A stretch of DNA of 48,813 bases from an uncultured bacterium (lineage in GTDB: Bacteria > Patescibacteriota > Minisyncoccia > Moranbacterales > UBA2206): NCBI GenBank assembly GCA_903841185.1, contig CAIMIV010000019.1, forward strand, positions 1 to 48,813, written 5' to 3'. Of the stretch, positions 44,293-48,813 are shown piece by piece (the first letter of the stretch is position 1; each line of letters opens with the position of its first letter). A program made the position numbers and the translations under genes. Under the pieces are notes generated by a model. That model was not told the origin of the DNA, did no database searches, and saw only the letters and a list, made by a program, of their open reading frames with translations.

Positions 44293-44574
44293 GTGGCAAG
44301 ATCTTATTCTTGTACAGGGCGACAAAAAGCGGAAAGATGGTATAATAGGGATATTAAAAAAATCGTAATCTCCATGGAAGACAAAGAAGCTATTGAAATC
44401 TTAATGCAGCTGATCGACAAGGGCTCTCTGGCTGACAAGGAACGGGAGGCGGTTTTGACGGCGGTCGGCATTCTCAGTTGGTCAGCGCTGGGGCAATCTC
44501 GGATAAAGAGCATCGCCAAGGCGCAAAAGGCCAAGAAAGAGTGGCGTCCGAGTGAAAATAAGCTTTTAAAATAA
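44293..44574 (+). CDS. Hypothetical small protein
   Basis: GTG start 5-6 nt after GGGAGG. An equally long antisense ORF exists, so coding status is uncertain. Confidence 0.35.
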   Translation: MARSYSCTGRQKAERWYNRDIKKIVISMEDKEAIEILMQLIDKGSLADKEREAVLTAVGILSWSALGQSRIKSIAKAQKAKKEWRPSENKLLK

Positions 44575-44651
44575 TTCAAACACATCTAGAAATGGAGAAA
44601 TAAGGTTTAAATCATGATATAATGTTAATATAATTTTTTTATATCAAGGGC

Positions 44652-45493
44652 ATGGGAAATAATAGGAAAAATATAGCTGTGATTGGTACTGGTTTTTTGG
44701 GGAGAGTGATTGCGGATCAGGCAACGAGTCTTTGTGGTGGCGTGGTTTCAACTTATAACCAAAATAAATTTTTTGATAGTTCGATAAAATTTGATTTTTT
44801 CAAGGATAACATTGCTGAGATATTGGGTGGAAAAAAGATTGACGTTGTGATCATAGCGGCCAAAATAGAATTTATGGAAGATAAGGAAATTTTAGAGGGA
44901 GCTATGCGAAAGTTTTTGGAATATTGCGAAGGAAAGCGCCTGGTTTATCTATCAAGCGATGGAATCTTTGACGGTGAAAAGGGGGGATGTATGCAGAAAG
45001 TGATATTCCGACCCCCAGGACTATTTATGGAAATAATTTGGCCCTGTGTGAAAAGCTGATTAAAGAAAATTCAGAAAATTATTGCATAATCAGGCCAAGC
45101 TATCTTTATGGATATTCATTAGGGATTATTGATGAGAGACTTGCGGAATATTCAAAAGCCTTGGCGCAAGGAGCTGGGTTGGAAAGATTCTGCGATATGT
45201 ACAAAGGACCGTTGGATGTTAACCAAGTCGCTGAGATTGTTCTCAAATTATCCTTGTCTGATTATATCGGTCTTGTTCATGTTGCCGGACCGAGAAAAAG
45301 TGTGTATGATTTCACAAAGGAAGCGGTAGATGCTCTGGGTATATCAACTGAAAAATTAGTCGGCACTTTGATGCCGAAGGATCAACCGACAAAATTTTTA
45401 CGAGACACGTCGATGGCATATGCCCTAATGATAAAATTGACCGGAATTGAACCGCTAGGTGTCCGAGAAAGCATATTGAAATATAAACCATAA
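44652..45493 (+). pseudogene. RmlD-like SDR / sugar-nucleotide reductase split by a frameshift in a G6 tract
   Basis: ORF 44652-45059 (IAVIGTGFLGRVI...LVYLSSDGIFDGEKGG) and ORF 44987-45493 (MYAESDIPTPRTIYGNN...IIRPSYLYG) are the two halves of one RmlD-type protein. The frames switch at GGGGGG (44981-44986), and one extra G would fuse them. Confidence 0.7.
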
Positions 45494-45511
45494 AAAGTTA
45501 TCTGGTAAATT

Positions 45512-46780
45512 ATGTTATTGAAATTGAAAAAAGTCGGTTATAATACATTTTCTTCGCTAAAAAAGCATAATTTCCGTTTGTATTTTATCGGGCAGATAAT
45601 ATCTGTGCCTGGCGGTTGGATGCAAAACATTGCGCTGTCATGGTTGGTTTTGCAACTCACAAATTCTGGAACCGCACTCGGAGTGGTTGCAGCATTGCAA
45701 TATTTCCCAATACTATTGCTATCTCCATTTGCCGGCTCGATTATCGATAAGTTTTCAAAAAGAAAGATTTTATATATAACACAATCCGTTTCAGGTGTGT
45801 TGGCAATTATTTTAGGTTATTTGACAATCATCGGAGAAGTGCGGTTGTGGATGATATTTTTGATAGCTTTGTTAATTGGATTTGTTAATACGGTAGATAT
45901 TCCGACGCGCCAAGTGTTTGTTTCTGAAATGGTCGGTGAAGATGAACTGAAAAATGCCATAACCCTAAATTCCATGTTAATGAATTTGTCCAGGATTGTC
46001 GGTCCGACTATTGCTGGGATTGTCATTGTGACAGCTGGAATAGGACCATGCTTCATTGTTAATGGCATTTCTTTTCTAGCCTTTATTTTTGTCGTTTTCA
46101 TCATGCGTTCCAGTGAATTGCATAAAGCACGTAAATCAGAAGTAAAGGGAAGGCTTTTTGAGGGTTTTTATTATATTATTTCCAAGCCAACCATGAAAGT
46201 AGCTTTGCTGCTGATGATGATCATGGGTACGCTTTCCTATGAATTCTCGGTCAGTTTAGCTTTATTAGCTCAAAAAACTTTCCATGGTGATGCCAGAGAT
46301 TTTGCCGGTATGCTGGCAATTATGGGCGTTGGCGCTATTTTTAGTGGCATGATTTCCGCCAGAAGCAAGAAGATCCGTTCTTCAATATTAGTTGGTTCAG
46401 CTTTTTTCTTTGGATTTTTTATTATAGGCGCATCTATTGCTCCCAATATTGCAATAAGCTTGACTATGTTGTTAATTGTAGGTTTTTTCTCCCTATCCTT
46501 TATGACTGCGGGAAGCGCAACGATGCAGCTGAATACCCCACCTGAATTACGCGGACGAGTCATGGTTTTTTGGACGATGGCCTTTTCCGGATCAACTGCT
46601 GTTGGTGGTCCTATTATTGGTTGGGTTGGACAGCATCTTGGCCCTCGATGGGGATTGGGCGTGGGTGGATTTGCCGCTGTTTTTGCCGCTGTTCTTGGGA
46701 TGATGATCTTGGAAAGAAATGGGATAAAGTTTTTTGTGTCTGAGAAAAATGAAAAGGAATTAGCCGGCATTTCCGCATAA
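45512..46780 (+). CDS. MFS transporter (EntS/MFS_3-like)
   Basis: 422 aa with about 12 hydrophobic helices and a typical loop motif between TM2 and TM3 (PFAGSIIDKFSKRK). Confidence 0.8.
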   Translation: MLLKLKKVGYNTFSSLKKHNFRLYFIGQIISVPGGWMQNIALSWLVLQLTNSGTALGVVAALQYFPILLLSPFAGSIIDKFSKRKILYITQSVSGVLAIILGYLTIIGEVRLWMIFLIALLIGFVNTVDIPTRQVFVSEMVGEDELKNAITLNSMLMNLSRIVGPTIAGIVIVTAGIGPCFIVNGISFLAFIFVVFIMRSSELHKARKSEVKGRLFEGFYYIISKPTMKVALLLMMIMGTLSYEFSVSLALLAQKTFHGDARDFAGMLAIMGVGAIFSGMISARSKKIRSSILVGSAFFFGFFIIGASIAPNIAISLTMLLIVGFFSLSFMTAGSATMQLNTPPELRGRVMVFWTMAFSGSTAVGGPIIGWVGQHLGPRWGLGVGGFAAVFAAVLGMMILERNGIKFFVSEKNEKELAGISA

Positions 46781-46867
46781 AATAATTCTGACAGCTTTGA
46801 CTGCTCCGCGCATTTAGCAAAAATTGCGTTGCAAGGTTAGTTGCGGATAGTTGTAGTACCTGGTATT

Positions 46868-47497
46868 ATGACCACCTCAATAATGCACCAACAATTAGTG
46901 CGGCACCTAATTGACTCCGGCATGCTCCGAAGCCGGCGGATTGTGGATGCCTTTCGCGCAGTGGATCGCGCTTATTTTGTGCCGCCCTACTTTGGGAGTG
47001 CGGAAACATATCTGGACCGTCCACTACCTATTGGCTATGGGCAAACCATCTCCCAACCGTCCACGGTAGCCTTTATGTTGGAACTGTTGCAACCGCAAGC
47101 GGGGGACAAGATTCTGGACGTCGGAACCGGTTCTGGCTGGACAAGTGCGCTCCTCGGTCACATTGTCGGGGAAAAAGGCTCTGTGCATGGGGTGGAGATT
47201 GCGCCGGAGCTGGTGGAGGTGGGTCGAAGAAACGTGGAGCGTTGCCTAAAGGCCAATGTGATGATTGCGCCAGCGACCTTTAATCATCTCGGCGATCCTC
47301 AATATGTACCCTATGATCGCATCCTGGCGTCCGCATCCGCCACAGAAATTCCCACGCAACTAGTGGCGCAACTCAAAGTCGGCGGGGTACTAGTATTGCC
47401 GGTGCAAAATAACGTAGTGTTTTTGCGCAAGCAAAAGAACAGTCAGCACGAAATCCACAGTTACCCCGGATTTGTTTTTGTGCCGTTGGTCACTTAA
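46868..47497 (+). CDS. pcm: Protein-L-isoaspartate O-methyltransferase
   Basis: VDRAYFVP, GYGQTISQPSTVAFMLELL, and the SAM motif ILDVGTGSGW. ATG 46868 is preferred over TTG 46841. Confidence 0.88.
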   Translation: MTTSIMHQQLVRHLIDSGMLRSRRIVDAFRAVDRAYFVPPYFGSAETYLDRPLPIGYGQTISQPSTVAFMLELLQPQAGDKILDVGTGSGWTSALLGHIVGEKGSVHGVEIAPELVEVGRRNVERCLKANVMIAPATFNHLGDPQYVPYDRILASASATEIPTQLVAQLKVGGVLVLPVQNNVVFLRKQKNSQHEIHSYPGFVFVPLVT

Positions 47498-47566
47498 ATT
47501 AAAAAATATTAGAAATTAGTTATTTTTAATGTTATAATATATGCATATAAATACTCAAGGTTTTTT

Positions 47567-48082
47567 ATGCAACTTCTCAAAATCATCAAGCACAGCGATT
47601 TGTTTTCTGAATATCACTCGGAAAATGAGGCTGTCAAAATCAGAACGGCGGCGCGAGCGGTGGTTTTTGATCGCGACAACAACATCGCATTGCTGGCAGT
47701 GACCACTCACAACTTTCACAAACTTCCCGGTGGGGGAGTGGAGGAAGGAGAGAATCTTTCGCAAGCCTTGGCACGGGAAGTGCTGGAGGAAATCGGCTGC
47801 CAAATCGCAGTGACGGGAGAAGTGGGCAAAATCATTGAGCATCGTGACGAGTGGGACTTTCGACAAGAATCCTATTGCTATTTAGCTGAACTGGTAGGCG
47901 AAAAAGGAGAACCTAGCTTCACAGAAAAAGAACTCAAAGAGGGTTTCCAAATCCGATGGTTTCCACTGGATGAAGCCATTGCACTTCTCAAAAAGGACGA
48001 GCCGGACAACTATGAAGGAAAATTCATCAAAGCGCGGGACCTCGCTTTTCTAGAAGAGGTCAAAAACGCACTGGGAATCTGA
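47567..48082 (+). CDS. NUDIX hydrolase
   Basis: Nudix box GGGVEEGENLSQALAREVLEEIGC. Confidence 0.85.
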   Translation: MQLLKIIKHSDLFSEYHSENEAVKIRTAARAVVFDRDNNIALLAVTTHNFHKLPGGGVEEGENLSQALAREVLEEIGCQIAVTGEVGKIIEHRDEWDFRQESYCYLAELVGEKGEPSFTEKELKEGFQIRWFPLDEAIALLKKDEPDNYEGKFIKARDLAFLEEVKNALGI

Positions 48083-48111
48083 AAGTATGATTCTACCACC
48101 TTTTTTAATTA

Positions 48112-48153
48112 CCCAATATTAACATAATCTCACGGTCGTAAGTTAATGTTGGG
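48112..48153 (+). repeat. Hairpin A with the conserved loop core TCTCACGGTCGTAA
   Basis: Arms CCCAATATTAAC / GTTAATGTTGGG (one G-U position) around an 18-nt loop. Confidence 0.7.
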
Positions 48154-48269
48154 AATGTGTAGTCTGATAAAAAATTAGATAGGGGAATGCATTTGTAATT
48201 AGAGATGACTAGTTGCTATTTGGAATTCCCCTAAGTATGTCATTTTCAAATAATATTGACATTTAAAAT

Positions 48270-48301
48270 TAACATCTTCTCACGGTCGTAATACTATGTT
48301 A
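48270..48301 (+). repeat. Hairpin B with the same conserved loop core
   Basis: Arms TAACAT / ATGTTA. The loop contains TCTCACGGTCGTAA exactly 150 nt downstream of the copy in hairpin A. It ends 10 nt before the PaaX-like start codon. Confidence 0.7.
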
Positions 48302-48311
48302 GGATTGGGAT

Positions 48312-48813
48312 ATGTATAAATTCGGACCGGTACAAAAGAAAATAATGATTACGCTTTTGGGCGGGGTTGCTTTGGGGATGTCCTCAAATCCGCGGCAATA
48401 TTTCAAGACGTTGCGGAAAGTGCGTAAAGATTGGAATAATGTCGACCAATATAGTTTCAAGCGTTCCGTTTTGCGGCTTTCAAAAGAAAAACTGATTGAG
48501 GAGAAAATTCTTCCGGACGGATCATTCAAACTAGTGCTTACGAAAAAAGGCGGGGAGCAGGCAAAGAAATTAAACTTGCTAGGCAATTCCATTAAACTTA
48601 AGTTGCCGAAAAAGTGGGACGGAAGATGGCGGATAGTCATTTTTGATATTCCGGAAAAAGATCGGGTATTTCGAGATATTTTGCGTGGACATCTGCATAA
48701 GCTCAAATTTATTAAATTGCAAAATAGCGTCTTTGTTTCACCGCATCCTTTTGAAAATCTCATCTTAGAATTAGTCGGATTATATTCAGCCGAAAAATAC
48801 GTGCGGGTAATTA
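48312..48813 (+). CDS. PaaX-like / Cas2-fold putative regulator (3-prime partial, runs off the window)
   Basis: My translation is MYKFGPVQKKIMITLLGG...KKWDGRWRIVIFDIPEKDRVFRDILRGHLHKLKFIKLQNSVFVSPHP. The WDGxW...FDIPE...R motif is typical of the PaaX C-terminal/Cas2-like family. It is absent from the ORF track because there is no stop inside the window. Confidence 0.6.
   Translation, partial: MYKFGPVQKKIMITLLGGVALGMSSNPRQYFKTLRKVRKDWNNVDQYSFKRSVLRLSKEKLIEEKILPDGSFKLVLTKKGGEQAKKLNLLGNSIKLKLPKKWDGRWRIVIFDIPEKDRVFRDILRGHLHKLKFIKLQNSVFVSPHPFENLILELVGLYSAEKYVRVI

Noticed and set aside
44304-44585. 93-aa minus-strand ORF mirroring the plus-strand ORF 44293-44574
   Set aside because: The plus-strand version has a GGGAGG SD and matches the orientation of its neighbours. 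Neither can be confirmed, so only the plus ORF is reported, at low confidence.
48112-48301. CRISPR array or integron attC pair
   Set aside because: There are only two repeats, separated by 150 nt, which is not spacer-sized. The arms fit the attC R-box consensus only loosely, the elements are shorter than known attC sites, and no cas or intI gene is present. Kept as a finding of unknown function instead.
48299-48763. 154-aa minus-strand ORF at the window end
   Set aside because: The opposite strand encodes a recognisable PaaX/Cas2-fold protein (WDGRWRIVIFDIPEKDR...) that runs off the window and so is missing from the ORF track. The minus ORF has no motifs.
1-48813. Alternative genetic code (UGA recoding, as in some CPR lineages), DGR, CRISPR-Cas, prophage or transposon content
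   Set aside because: Conserved genes are intact under the standard code, and TGA is used as a stop (for example at 10566-10568 and 17113-17115). I saw no reverse transcriptase, cas, integrase, transposase or phage structural motifs, and no spacer-repeat array.

Overview
This 48.8-kb window is a chromosomal segment of about 56 mostly plus-strand genes with roughly 40% GC and the standard genetic code. The gene content suggests a small-genome Patescibacteria/CPR-like bacterium. This is inferred from DUF4012- and DUF5652-like ORFs, a compact 603-aa AlaRS, a PaaX/Cas2-fold ORF and many orphan small membrane proteins. No database search was possible.

Recognisable blocks:
- **Surface-glycan locus (1-8.6 kb and 13.3-16.3 kb).** It holds two GT4 glycosyltransferases, a Wzz-like protein, DUF4012, an AsnB-type amidotransferase, rfbC-rfbB-rfbD, and then rfbA-galU. 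An orphan repeat protein, purM and glyA interrupt it.
- **Housekeeping genes.** These are mnmA, alaS, the MEP-pathway cluster dxr-ispD-ispF-ispE, rluB-like/obg, and a minus-strand fmt-def-priA block.
- **One tRNA.** tRNA-Gln(CUG) on the minus strand.
- **Accessory stretches of orphan genes.** Each gene has its own near-consensus promoter, Shine-Dalgarno sequence and terminator. They lie at 16.3-17.9 kb, 19.0-21.1 kb, 23.1-24.6 kb, 29.6-30.8 kb and 39.2-44.6 kb.

The most unusual observations, all read directly from the sequence:
- A 96-nt structured element is present twice. One copy sits between ispD and ispF and is flanked by about 20-nt direct repeats, like a target-site duplication.
- A perfect 46-bp palindrome lies in frame inside a glycosyltransferase gene.
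- A (GCTACAT)x4 heptanucleotide repeat covers the rfbB start codon.
- A G6-tract frameshift splits an RmlD-like gene.
- Two hairpins 150 bp apart share a conserved loop, upstream of a PaaX-like gene.
- A 5-kb island encodes two Cys-rich mini-proteins, a 2-TM protein/CYTH enzyme/2-TM protein group, and a RhuM-Doc fusion with a palindromic operator.

No CRISPR array, transposase, integrase or reverse transcriptase was seen. All functional calls rest on motif recognition by eye. Promoter and terminator coordinates are approximate.
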